Positions 1-12,895 of a DNA stretch of 64,000 bases are shown piece by piece. The stretch is from Phallusia mammillata (lineage: Eukaryota). A program made the position numbers and the translations under genes. The notes beneath the pieces were generated by a model. That model was not told the origin of the DNA. It did not search any database and worked only from the letters and a program-made list of their open reading frames with translations. Location: NCBI GenBank assembly GCA_965637545.1, contig OZ281498.1, positions 7,502,001 to 7,566,000 of the forward strand, read 5' to 3'. Each line of letters starts with the position of its first letter. Within the stretch, counting starts at the first letter, position 1.

Positions 1-1247
1 TGTGTAATTAAATTTTGTTGGACAATAGCAATAAAACAGACAAAACTAGCGAATGAAACACATGTGAAGGCAAACAGAACCAAAAAAGATTCAGTCGATT
101 CTGAAAACAAAGCTTTATACTTGTCACACAATGCAAATCAACAACGTGACAGAAATTCGTTGGTTTGCAAAAAGTGGGTTTGCTGCAAAACTAAGATTTG
201 TGCTTTTTTAAGCCACTTGTACGGCTCCAAACTCTGAAGAAAGTACATTATAACTATTTTTTCCTATATACCGCAAATTTTGGTTTCTAAGTGCCATGGA
301 ACCAATTTATCCATGCAGCACCAATGTGGCTTTATTTTTATGATACACTAACTAATTGGCTACTTTAAGGTTTAGTGACCATTGTGTAATATGAACGATT
401 GTATTGTGTACTGTAGAGTGTCATTAACGTGATGAAAAAGTCGCAAATGTGACGTAACACGTCTTGTAAGTGGTAATAACATTTCTGGAAGAGCAAACTA
501 TTGTTTACGCAGTACGTCTGGTAGCAATAATGTATGAGTGCCAACTTTATCGACGTCAATACCCGTATGAATAATAATAATAATGGATTGGTAACATTAT
601 TAGTGGATAAAGTAGTGCCAAATGCTAAATCAAATTTATGCCGAAAACAATCAATTTACTGCGTCATTCTGTTAATTGAGACTGATATTTACAAATAATC
701 CCTTGATTTGGCATAAATCGATATGAAGCAGGCATCATTGCTTAGGGCTGCTGAGAGAAAAAGTGGAAAACACCCTGAGGGCCCAAAAGTGCCAAAGTTA
801 GCATTATCCAGGATCACAGCGGGTTAAAAACCAAATTTATCTTTGCCAGGAATTCACCTAACGAGCGACTGGTTTAGCTGTGCATGGGTTATTAGAAAGC
901 CCCTTCAAACGCACAATGCGCCATGTTTGAAATGGGTATTTACTCTAAACCACAAAAACCCGTTTGATGTTTTCTTGTTTCGTTCGTTTGTCTCAATTGT
1001 CTGACATGGAGCTTAAAGAATGGTTTGAAACACGAAAAAGTTGGTAGAAAACACCCGTTACAGTGGTAGGAACACACCCGCTAGTTAACAGTTAAACGAA
1101 CAGTTTGAAACTGCGATTTTTAAACGGCTTTCAGAGATAACAATAGTAGGACACAACAAAGACATAAAACTGCTTCGTTTAAATTCAATAGTTCCAATTT
1201 AAGCCTGAAGCATGCATGGTTGGGGCAAAAAAGAAGATCCAACTCAC

Positions 1248-3943
1248 CATAGTAGATAAGTGCCATAATGTCCAGCGATCCAATACCGCCTTCCCCACAG
1301 CCACAGGGAATTCACTCGATTCACACTGAAATGTTCGACCACGTTAATAATAGGAAAGGGGAGTCCCCGTCGCAGTACGTCATCGATTGCCGCATCCGTC
1401 TCGAGAAAGTAAAATTCCTCGCTGAAGGTGAGATTACGACCGGGTACATCTGAATAAATTGAAGTTCGTGTTATTTCGGGCATTTCATGTTTTTGAAAAG
1501 CTAACTTTAAAAGGCGGAAGAGCTTGATCAGCATTTTTTGCATTAAACCCTAAGTTTAGTATGGCTGGCATATGTCATGCTACGTGATACAAAAGTTGTA
1601 ATATGTTACACGCGTTTACTCACGTTTTCGCTATGTTATAAAATATACAGGTGGCTCAATGATAAAGTATTTTATACAATAATGACCCTATTACTTTCAG
1701 CCAATCTTGCTTTTTTAGAAAAAAAGGAATAAGAGGGCAACGGAAAAATATGCCTTTGTTTTTGGTTGGAGTGAAAGTTTTAAGCAAATCTTTTCCCATG
1801 TCAAACAAAATTGGGGAACTAGCGACTACATGCCAGTCTTTCCAGAGTGAAACGAACTTACTACGATCACCCTAAAACCGATTGCTTTTCCAACCAATTG
1901 TAATAATGTATAACACGCCTTTTCAGTTCGGTATGGACCTGCAGTTAACAGTTGTTGCAATCTTTATTTACAATGTAAAAACCGGCATATAAAATCCAGA
2001 CAGGAATATCACGTCTGTCTTGCACAACGACCAAATCACGACTACCACGTGCATTCCCTGCCACGTCGAGTATCGCTACTTACAGAAAGCACACTGGGGG
2101 CGCCACAGAGCACATGTGACGTAATAATTATAACAATAATGCTGCGACAATTTGATAAGGGTCGATTGTTTTCGAAGTAAAAAAAATTGGAGGCAGATTT
2201 ACGATAAGCAAGTTTTTTGTCCATAAACTTGCTATAAATTAATCCTGGGGTCGGCAACCTTTTTTCTACCGCGGACCGTTTTTGAAACTAAAATTTTATC
2301 GCGGACCGGCCTTCGAAAAAAACAAAAACGCATAAATTAGTTTATCATCCCCGGGATGCATGAGCAAAATGTTTTAAAGCATTTAACGTGAAAAATTATA
2401 CGGCCCGCTAACGAACTGACCGCGGCCCGGCGGTTGCCGACAACTGATTTAAACAATCTGTTTTGAAGAAAACACGTTTTACAATAAGCGCTTAAAACGA
2501 TTGGCTTTCTATCAAATTTTAACGAGTTGGACTTGTTAACGTCAACCGTAGTGTAGCTCAGTCTAGAACAAATAAATAAACCAAAAACGGATATTTTCGC
2601 GTATTAACTCACCTCTTAGTGTTACATTGAACCGGGTCAAACCGATCATTAGACCCACTTTGAAAGAGACCATTTCTTGGTTATCTACTTTGTACGGCAA
2701 ACTTGCCTGCACCTTCCCACAATGCCAGGATACTCCCTGAAGACAAGCTGTAAAGCAAAATTAATTGTTATTATAAAATTAATCTCTATTAGTTCTCTAT
2801 CACATATTTTATCATTTTGTTAATTTGTGGGGTAAAAACAGAAAGAATATAAAAATAAAAAACATTTATAAAAACATTATCCACTAATGTAAATGTTTAT
2901 GGCATCATTAGTGATAAAATATCCATGATTTTAACGTGTATTTGAGCTTAAATTTCTGGAGTGCAGATACGTTTATAGTATTCCGAAGTCTGTTTTCGAA
3001 AACAAAAATGTTTTTTCATCGAAAATAATTTTAATTTAAAAACGACAATGAAACCTTTCGGAAGGGCAAAGTTTGGTACCAGTCACCAGGGCCTTATTTG
3101 TGCCATGTTTGTGGTTGTTTTGACAAGAAAACCAAAAGTCATCGCCAAAATTGCGATGTCCGACAACTTTTTGGGCACAACATGCAACGTTAACATTCGC
3201 TAATGATGTACACCGGATTTCCAGGCATGTAATAACACGGGAAAGGCGTAAATGCAAACCAGTAAGTGTCTGATGTGACATTAGAGCAGAAATGTCGCAA
3301 TCGACCGCAGGTACCAACTCACCAATTATAGAAGTTCCAATACAAATACTGATTAGCCATCGCACCAGGAAAAATATCCTCTGCAAAAATAACAATTAGA
3401 TTGTGTCGATTGAAGTTAAATTATAAGGTTCATTTTTAACATGGCTGTAACATTTTTTACTTAGGCTATTTATTCATTTTTTAATGTCACTTCAACATAG
3501 TTAACCTTTTTTAATGTTTTTACAATGTATTAATGCATTTTAACATTTCTACATATTTATTTGTTTCCAACAGAGCTACAACAGATTTATTTGTTTTTTA
3601 ACATTACTGCAAAAAAGGCTTTTCATATTCAACATTACTGCAACAAATTTATTCTGTTTTTAACTTCACTGCAGCAAACAACATAGCATAATAAAGTTAA
3701 CAAAAGCCAAAAATAAATACGTTAATAGGTCAAATACAAAAAAACAGCAGAAGCATCATATACGCTTGGCACAAAGCACATACAGGTGGGTCTTACCTCT
3801 TTACCGCGTACACCAGGCAAGACCAACAGCAGACCGATAAGAATAGCTGCAGCCGAATATGCGAGGTAAAGCTGGCTCGTTTCGACGATCGCCTCTGAAG
3901 GACGTTCGTCGTAAAATGGAGGAAAGCCGTCCCCGAGTGTCAT
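1248..3943 (-). CDS. DUOXA: Dual oxidase maturation factor (DUOXA); exons 3943-3797, 3380-3323, 2747-2613, 1449-1248; 3' exons not resolved (probably left of the window)
   Basis: Phase-consistent GT-AG splicing gives MTLGDGFPPFYDERPSEAIV...LLLVLPGVRGKE/RIFFLVRWLISICIG.../GLMIGLTRFNVTLR/...RRGLPFPIINVVEHF...YWIAGHYGTYLLW. This matches the DUOXA motifs MTLWNGVLPFYP, LPGIRG, KGLPDPVLYLAEKF and YHLAGHYA. Confidence 0.93.
2245..2446. mobile_element. Degenerate hAT (Charlie-like) MITE in DUOXA intron 3
   Basis: Ends CTGGGGTCGGCAACC ... GGTTGCCGACAACTG; imperfect 8-bp flanks AATTAATC/ATTTAAAC. Confidence 0.7.
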
Positions 3944-4964
3944 CCTTTTGATTTTTCTTGAGGTTTTTCTGGCAGTTGGCAAAAGGCACTACTAAACCCT
4001 AACCCACCGCTGACTGCGCAAAGCGCAAAATGATAACGATTGAGTATTATTGATAACGATTTGAGTATTCAAAAAAACAAATACGTGTGAAAATTTCGAA
4101 ACGCGTCTCGAGAAACGATCAGCGAATAATACAAATATCAAACAGTTAACGATTTCGAGCGTGCGTGACGGTCATGAACGTGTGCAAAAAAATGAATACG
4201 TGTGAAAATTTCGCAACGCGCTTCGAGAATCGATCAGCGAACAATAAAAATTTCAACAAGGTTTAACGATTCCGCGCGTGCGTGACGGCCGATGCAGACT
4301 TCACAAAAGATTGTTCATGTATTCAGATAACCTCACCCTTAATAAAGTAACTCTGTTTCCGCTTATAAGTGACAAACAATAAACTATAGGTATTGCGTAA
4401 TCTATTTAGCGGCACAGAGGGGGGAGGAATTGCTTTTACCGTGGCCTTTCTTTTAAAACTCAAAGGAGGGAACTAACTTGCCCATTTGCATTGTTTTTTA
4501 TGTACAGCCGTATACATTCCCTTACAATTAGTGGTTTTTCACCTTTAAACCACACACCGATCAAATTTTAATTCGCAAGATTATTAGTAAAATAGTGTAG
4601 CAAAAAGAGTCAGCAAGTCCAAGAACGCGCAATTAAAATGGTGAATTTTTTTCGGGGGGGTTACTTGTTATGGTTTCTAAAGAAGCGCATGTTTACAGAT
4701 GACTGGTGCTGATAAACAGTTGTTTATTATAATCAATCAGTAATTTTACAAATGCAGCGTTATAGAAAACAATGTTGCCTTCTGTTTTTTTTTATAATGA
4801 ACAATGCAAAAAACTAAACGTTGCACTGAAAAATCTCGTGACAGTAAAATAGCCTAAAAATCGGAATTTAGAATCAAACGCAAAAGTGAAAAAAAAACGG
4901 GTATTTTCTAAGCTTCTGTGGACCCGGGGCAACATATTTGAAACGGTTTGACGTACATCGCAAG
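3944..4964. promoter_or_regulatory. Candidate bidirectional DUOXA/DUOX promoter with a putative non-coding DUOX first exon ending at 4964
   Basis: CpG-rich region directly upstream of the DUOXA ATG. Consensus plus-strand donor AAG/GTGAGT at 4964/4965. Unpaired acceptor TTCTCCAG at 15317, 25 nt before the DUOX ATG. Confidence 0.5.
4031..4290. repeat. Tandem duplications upstream of DUOXA: a 20-bp dimer (4031-4069) and a ~115-bp dimer (4071-4290)
   Basis: TGATAACGATTGAGTATT occurs twice. ATACGTGTGAAAATTTCG..AACGCG...CGATCAGCGAA...TTAACGATT...GCGTGCGTGACGG starts at 4081 and again at 4196. Confidence 0.9.
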
Positions 4965-7900
4965 GTGAGTACGTTTTGAAACAATTTTCGCTTTTTTCTT
5001 GTGCAAGTTCGCATTTTAGGTAAAAAAAAACTATGAAAAAATAAAAGGTTCACTGAACCGAATAGTTTACTCCAAGATTAAGTAAAATGCAACGCTAAAG
5101 TCAAATTCAGTTGTGTACTTGAAACAATGGACTTTTTGGTAATTATTCCGCTAACTTTCATCGACATTAAAATTGGACAAAAGAAATTTCGAAATTTAAA
5201 CTTTTTATCCAAAACACGTCATCATGATTCAGTATGAAAAATTGTCCGTCTAAATAATTCTTAACCCCCAACAGGGTAAAATTTATCATGTCAACCACTC
5301 CCTAAACGCGTTCGTCTTGTCATCCCATTCCTATCAAAATCATAGTTGATCCAACGTACTTGGCAAATGCAAAGACATACACTTGATAAAGTCAATTGTT
5401 TTCACTCACTCCGTGAAAAACATCCGGCCTGTTTAACAAGCCTACGTCAATCGGTAAGCAAACTGCCTTCAAGGTTTAGTGCCTGCGCCTTTGCTAAGTT
5501 AACATTTGAGATCACGCGATTGCTAGGGTTTTGTTTAGGTAGACCGCGTTAAAATCTCGACGTTATGCGTTCGGGCGAATCGGATTTCGGAAAGTTGTTT
5601 CAGACATAGAATGCATAGCACAACTTTTAGTGCCCTTTTAGTCACAACCTTAGTGCCTCGTTTTGCTGCTGCTTGTGCTGAAATCAGAAATACCTGAAAA
5701 CTGATCACCACACACTAGCGCTCCCTTGTGGCAGCATTCGTTATGCCCATTGCCTTGACCAATAAAAGCGGTTTAGTGTTGTTCTGTGCAAAAAAGAATT
5801 GGCAAACCTAGGGACCAGTGTTTTGTGCCTGTTTTGGAAATTAAACATCAAATATTTTTGAGAAATAAAAAAGACTACTGCTACAACTAGCAAAGTCATC
5901 CAGGACGAAACCCTGTGGCAATACAAACACGGCAACAAATTCTAAGAGCTAGAAACGACACTGAATCTATGTTTGCCACATTGCAACTTTATGGATGAAC
6001 TAAACTTTTTTGGGAAGACACAACAAGTTGTACGCGACACCCGCTTTTACGTCTGTATTCTGTTTGTTTTTTTGCATTTTAAACGTTTATGGGCGACCTA
6101 ATTGGTATTTAGATCTCGTATGCGACCGAACTGGTGAAGTTAATGTTTACGATCAACAACAATATATTAAAAGAATACTTTAGAAATCGAAAATATCTGA
6201 AGAGTACCGTTAAGCCGATGCCACATATTGGTGCAGTATCACTTTCTATCAAGCGTTTGTTCATCCAAAAACCAAAACAAGACTAAATATGGACAACAGT
6301 GGACTGGATGTATATTAAAGCGATGTCTACAACCTGTTGTAAGACAAAAGAACATTCCAGTTTACGCGGGGTTAAAAGTTCCAGCAGCAACGTTTGCCCA
6401 CAACAGGAAATACTGATGTTGCTTTAAGCACGCGCATATGGAGTTTCATAAGCATTATATAGCACTGTGAACAGTTCCATTGTTTATAAGATCCAACACT
6501 ATAGGCTGTATTTCATTTCGAGGGCATACAGGCTATTTTCGGGTTGGGTTGTATCAACGTCTACATAAAACACAAACTGTCCAATCCATTGTTGCGCGAA
6601 AAAGCCTCATGGAGCCATTCTGTGTCTAAATTATAACAGAGGGTATGGGGAAAAACGCATATATTGTCTCATTTTTTACATACTGGAGAGCTTTAACGCC
6701 AGCGGCCTAAATGTTAGAACCCAAAAGTTTAATTCGATTTGGCCAATCAAAAACGCGTTTATTCGGGTAGCAAAGGTTTGGACAACTTGTGTTTTGCATA
6801 TATTTTAGGTTTTATAGGTAAAAGCACTTAATCCATTTCGAATGCCAAAGCGAATTCTTTTCCTCAAAGTTAAGTGCGTAAAAACCCATATGCCAGATAT
6901 GGGGTTGTTTTAACTAGATTGTCTGCAAACTTAAAATGCCAAATTGACTCAATTACAAGCAGTTTTACATATATAAGGACATTTTAGGGTAAAATACGAA
7001 AGAAACACTTAAAAACATGTTCTACCAAGCAAATTCAATTTTCGAAAGGTCCAATCTAACGCAAATACAAATGTAATACACTCCAAAAAAACCAATCGGC
7101 ATAGTTCAATCTCTTTGCATAATTTAAAGTCAAATAGTCCCACGTCAATTCAAATCAATATAGGCACTTTCAAAAACATGCCATTATATTTGGACAGTCC
7201 GAATTTAAAGTTTCGTACCGACGACGTGGACATTCAAAACAACACAACAAGCACCTACGTACTCGACAATTACAAACCAACAATTTGCGGTCATATTAAC
7301 GTAATTATGCCAAACGCTCCCCTAGTTTCGTAATACACCACAACATGCTATCAATGTGTCTGACAAATTTTACTGAAAAGCAAAAACTTTTTGTAACTTT
7401 TCTGTAAGCATTTTCGGCTGGGTGCTCGTTTTCGCAAAAGTTAATCCAGTTTCCGTTGTTAGCTAATCACGCGTTGCTAGGACAAGCAATTGCGTCATTC
7501 TGAGACATCGCATCGCCATATAAACGTGGTATTACGAACGGTTTGGGCAGTCATTTCTACAGCAATAAGGAAAATGCCTGCTACAAATCCACATTATTTC
7601 GACTGACCTTTAATATTAATTAAAACACTTTCAAAGACGCGTTTCAAGTACGTTTTTTGCATGACACTCTGCATTTTAAATGAAACAAAAAAAGCAAAAA
7701 GGTAACAAGGCATAACACTCATCACTAGCACTGTACTATATGCACTAACAATTAAACAAAACTTATATAAACACAACAGCAGCAAGAGCTTCGCAAATAC
7801 ACGTACGCCTATCATAAACTGACGCTCAGTCCGTTCCGAGGCATTAAATTCGACTGAAACGCGTTCCGGGTCGTCGGCGCTTTTAACCGACGCATGATCG

Positions 7901-9650
7901 GCGCACTTTTTTCTGCTCTGGCGCGTAAAGCGTAGGCATCAAACCCACAGACAGTAGAGCCGTCAGTTCGCGGCAATCCAGCTACAGGACGCAGCTCGCC
8001 TTTTTGCTAAGCCTGGCAAAGTGTACAACGCTATTTCGTAGGCGGCACGGTTTGAGAACTAGAGCTTTAGCCGAAAGTTGTGAGACAGTTAGCTTGTTAG
8101 TTACTGTGTGGATTGTTGGCGGTTTCTAGCAAGAATTTACGTTTGTAGCAAGAATTTTCAAGTCTTGTTTTCATAAATTTTGGGTCAAAATTGGGCGATT
8201 TTCATGCTCTGTCAGAAAAACGACTCAAACATGTTGTGGCTAGATTTTCCAAATGCCTTAACGGTAGAAGACACATCTTATGGTAAACAAGGCTTGTGCT
8301 AGAAGACTGTACGTTTGCGACTTAAAGTGCAAAAATGTAGCATTGTTCCAAACCGCAAATTCAATACACAAAATTCGTGTTCAGTCAAATATATGCGTTT
8401 TAGCTTCACAGACTATATCAGCGTTTGAAAGGATTAACGGATGTGCTTTGGTAGTGGGCCGCACTATTCGTAGCAAAGCCGTAATTAAACGTGTCAAATA
8501 GGTGGGTTTGTTACTGGACCTAACCCTTTGTATCTTGTCATGTGTTAAGTTAGGTGCTATATCTCAGCAAGCAATTAGCAAAACACCGCAATTTCCATTG
8601 CTAGGAGGGCTCCATTGGTAAATTTTGCATTGGTGTCAAACTGATGTAAAGGCTTTGATTATTGCAGCCAAACAGCTAATGACATCCGCTCGCAGAGCCA
8701 CAACAAAACAAACCGCAATGACAGCAGACAAAGCAGACAAAAATTAGTCAGATCTCTATAGTAAACAATTGATGGTCGCTTCCTGGTGTGCAGTCGAAAG
8801 TAAAGTAGAGAATGCTTGCATGGTGGTCCATACAAAACTTCAGTCATCATTTACGTGACAAAGACACTTTGCATTGGGGAACTGAACTGTTATAAGATGT
8901 GCTGTGAGTTTTGCGTGATATTCCTGGATGCGTTAACGCGCCTGGTTTAATGGCCCGGAAAATTTCTGTCACTAAGTCCATGCTTTGTTGGATAAACATG
9001 CGTTGAATTGCAAACGTCTTAACTTTAATTGATTTCAAAGCAAAACAAACTTGACTGGTAACAGGCCTCATTGGAGTTTTAAGACCTAAAGTTGTTTTTT
9101 ACGAGTTATTGAATTGCAAAAGCAACATAACTTGAGAGATAAAGGCGTCGTTATTGAAATAAGTACACTGTCGAGAAAGGTTTCAAGACGACCACAAAAG
9201 CCACATAAGCGATGGCGGCATTTAAAAGCTCTCGTCGCAGTTTGCAGGACGAGAGATTACATGCGCAGCGAGTACAACGTTCAAAAAGTGGCAAAAAATG
9301 ACCTAAACTTGCTGTTGTACAAATTTTATGTGCAGGAAATAGTAATATATAGTAATTACCAAGTGTGTTTTGCTGTTGATTGTCGACGTCTTTCTGATAC
9401 CAAAGAACTGTTCGCAGTAAGTAAGTCCTTTTTATACATAACTATCTTGTGCCGGAAAGGTTTTTGCCATTCTTTTTAAATATGTATTATAAATACGCCT
9501 GATTTAGTTAAGAATGGGCATATATGTGGGCGATTTTAGCAACACAAGATCGTTTAAAAAATCGCTTTAGGCGGACAAAGCGGTCTGAGTAACAAGTCAC
9601 GACTTGTTGCAATGTTGGTAAATAAAACCTATCACACATAACGTATAGAC

Positions 9651-9958
9651 CAGGGGTCGGCAACCCCAGGCACGCCTGCCAAGGTTGACACGCAAGGTGG
9701 TTTTTCATGGCACGCCAACCGATTTTCGTGGGTATCTTGAAGTCACAATTTACCTGTTACACTGCTTGTTTACAGTTTTTATCATGCCATTGTCCTAAAA
9801 TTCAGTCTTACATACACAAAACGCTTTGCTTTCTCTAAATTATTGATATCTGCTGGCACGAACCACTATTATTTAGAAAAACGTTGGCACGTGAGGCCAT
9901 TCACAAATGGAAATAACAAGTAAATTGGCACGCGTCGTCTTAAAGGTTGGCGACCCTG
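9651..9958. mobile_element. hAT MITE (308 bp)
   Basis: TIRs CAGGGGTCGGCAACC / GGTTGGCGACCCTG; perfect 8-bp TSD GTATAGAC (9643-9650, 9959-9966). Confidence 0.92.
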
Positions 9959-11029
9959 GTATAGACCCACAGTTCACTTTAGCAAAACTAATGTGTCCTA
10001 ATCAATTTCCTTGACGAACGCACCAGTTAAGAAAAGAAAAGACATATTGCAATGATCGAAATCAAAATAGGTGTTAACTGGTGGGACCGTTAAGAATAAG
10101 CTGTATATTGTTTCGATCATACAGAAAAAAGTGGTTTTTCAGTTAGGCATTGGCCCCTTAAACATATTTTTAGCGACGGTTTAGGGGCCCATGAAACCTA
10201 TATTTAAAAAGCTTGTCTTAAACTGTACGTAAAGCCAAGTGAATGTGTTTTTAACGCTAAATGAAATGTTGATGAGTTTTTGTCACAATACCGTACAGAC
10301 GCATTATGCACAAACAAAGCGGACAGGATGTTGTAACACAACTTGTAGGAAAGAACGTGACAACAGGAACGTGGTTGACACAAAAAGTCAAAACCATTAG
10401 ACACTCACCGCACTTTTGGGCATGTCAAATAGTTCATGAAAGAATAGCTATGCGACACTATTTTCTGCACCTTAAAGCACGCAAATGCACACATCGATTT
10501 TCTAATTAAAAATGTATGACCATGAAGTGATAATTAATGATCCAAAAACTTTTATATGCGCGGAAAATTCGAAAGGGCCAAAAAACGCAGCTAACCATCA
10601 TTACCTGTTCAAAAGTAATGTAAAACGAATCTTTTCTGTTTCTAAATCGAAGTTTGGTTGCAAGAAACTTACTTGAAAATGCATAGTAGATGCAGGACTA
10701 TATTGTGCATGCAAGAAGCGATACGAAACGTACGCACGTAGCAAAAACCATCATCCCAACATGGTTGTGATAGAGGTATTTCATTACACAAATAGCAAAC
10801 AAAGCATTGACAGGCTTAAGTCACTTTTCGGGAAAACGCTTTAGGCGCGTGTGAAAAGTGTGTGCTTACAACAATGCGATTAAGCAACGTTAAAACCATC
10901 TGGAATAGTTTATTTCAAAAAGGAAATGAACAAAAGCGTTCAATAAGAACACTGGCATACTCGTACGTTTTTCTAAGTTTGTATTCATGATCTGTCTTGG
11001 TGAAAGAAAGAAACAGTGAAGGACAGGAT

Positions 11030-11110
11030 TGGTGGATCATGGCTGAACGCGCTGCAGCTACATCGTATTACAAAGCGTTATGTGACTCACAAGAAAGTGA
11101 GGTTGGAGCT
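11030..11110 (+). repeat. Dispersed repeat (SINE-like), copy 1; homologous to 38969-39050
   Basis: Shared TGGTGGATCATG(G/A)CTGAACGCGCTGCAGCTA...TATTA...AGCGTTATGTG...GA(A/G)AGTGAG. Confidence 0.75.
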
Positions 11111-12784
11111 GCGTTGGTAAACACAATGTTGTTAAGTTTTAACTGCTACAATGTTCGTGTTTTTGTTATAACAGTCCTATGTTGGCTCGCGAAGCCATTA
11201 CCATTTTGACAAAACAAGTAAATTGACACGCGGTCTTGTGGTTTCTGACCGCTGTTTTAAAGGGATTGAAATATCAGTTTTGCTATTATAGTCATATGCA
11301 TTGGAATTGGATAAAATAACTGCGGTATATTATTGGAACTTTGTATCACAAATTTGCAGCACATACCTAGCCCTGTCCAGGTACAGATCCCAGCTAAGGT
11401 GTCCAATGAAACGGACGTTTGTACGCGAAAACACCTCCTACATTAAGTTAAACACGGTTACCATGCATCCCCACCATACAATAACAACAAAACATAGCAA
11501 CTGTACCGCATAATACACCTCCACCTGCAAGCTAATGTTATGTTACATAGCAAATGTGTTTTTCAAAGAAAAGAAACAGTGTTTCCAAAACCTTTTCATA
11601 AATAAAAAAAAAACATTGCCGATACTGTCGCTGGATTTAAATGGGCGAAACTCGTCGAACCAAGACCGTCGGTGCAACAGTGACGAAATTTCGCAGGCCC
11701 ATTTCGTCACCGCAAAGAGTCACGTATGCCAAAATGACACAAAGGGACGCTTCACCTTGCACACGCATCAAACGCTGGAAAGTCACGCAAAACGGCGTGC
11801 AGGATTTAGTTTCGCGGTCCTTTAGACTTTTGAAGTCCCCTGCTTGAAAAGTGAACCCCGAAAGCACATGTTTAGGCGAGCGAAGTTTTCCGTTCAGAAT
11901 GCCAGAGAATGTTTTGGGATGTAATTACAGAAGGTCTGTTTTCGATTTTGCGCTGTTTAGATTCCCTTACGCAATCTGTCAGATAAGGTAAATCGGATTT
12001 AAGCTATTCGATGCTTTTTTGGCGATTTTTTGTTATTTTAAACTATGCACCTGTCTTGCCTGGCTATTGCAATAGGCAAGTTTTGTTCTGAGCAAAAAGA
12101 TACGAGCCAGTATTTGAGTGTAAAACAACACAACGTAAAACTAACAGAAGGGATGTAACTTGGTGCCGCACAACAGTGAAGAAAATGGCGATTGTGGAAC
12201 TTGTAACTGGCTTGACCTTTTTGCTCAGAATATTTAGAACCGTGTATTTTTTACTCAAGGTCCATTGTTTTAAATTGAAAAATGTAACCGATTTTAATTT
12301 CAGTATTGCAGTTTAACTGACGTAGACATCGCACTTAAGGCTTTTTCGCAATCAAACAATCTTAAGAGTGTTCAAAAATACTTCTACTGTGTTGTTTTTT
12401 GTTCGCATAGCATCCCACGCCACCAACAAAGTCACGGTGATACGAAGTTTAGCTGCGGTTAATCTGCAAGGCTGGTTTGTACAGGACAAGGGCTGAAATC
12501 CGCTATTAGCCATTGATATTGACTTTGAGCGGCATCGGTCGTCTTGGTGTCGGGGGCTTAAAATAATTTTTTATAACAAGACCTTGAACTTGACGTAAAA
12601 AGTTTGTTTTTGGAATTTTCTAAAGCGCCGGTACTCGAACATCGAAAATGTCTGTTCTCAGTGTTGAGTTGACTACAAACCCTACGACGCATCAAACACA
12701 TTCAACACAATCAAGTGTCACAGAGGAAAATTTCAAAACCTTATACACGGATCTGTTTAGAAGTTTAAGGAAGAAAATAACTGC

Positions 12785-12895
12785 CCTACTAGACTTAAAA
12801 GGCGACACGCTTTAAAAATCAAACGTTTTGGCAAATGCTTATACCATCATCAGTGATATGAGCATTTGCTGAAACATCAGTGATATGAGCATTTG
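12785..12895 (-). mobile_element. Penelope-type repeat remnant with minimal hammerhead motif (copy A)
   Basis: Minus strand ATCA-CTGATGA-TGG..CC-AAAA-CGTT-TGAT (G12 changed to A). Homologous to 51256-51393 and 56545-56719. Contains an internal duplication of CATCAGTGATATGAGCATTTG. Confidence 0.65.

Noticed and set aside
700-860. Possible DUOXA exon 5 (PAVILDNANFGTFGPSGCFPLFL)
   Set aside because: No in-phase acceptor was found and similarity to the DUOXA C-terminus is unconvincing.
7815-7870. Hammerhead-like CTGACGC...GACTGAAACGCGTT
   Set aside because: The core does not match CUGANGA and no helix I forms. The similar partial matches near 4097, 36020 and 49443 fail for the same reasons.
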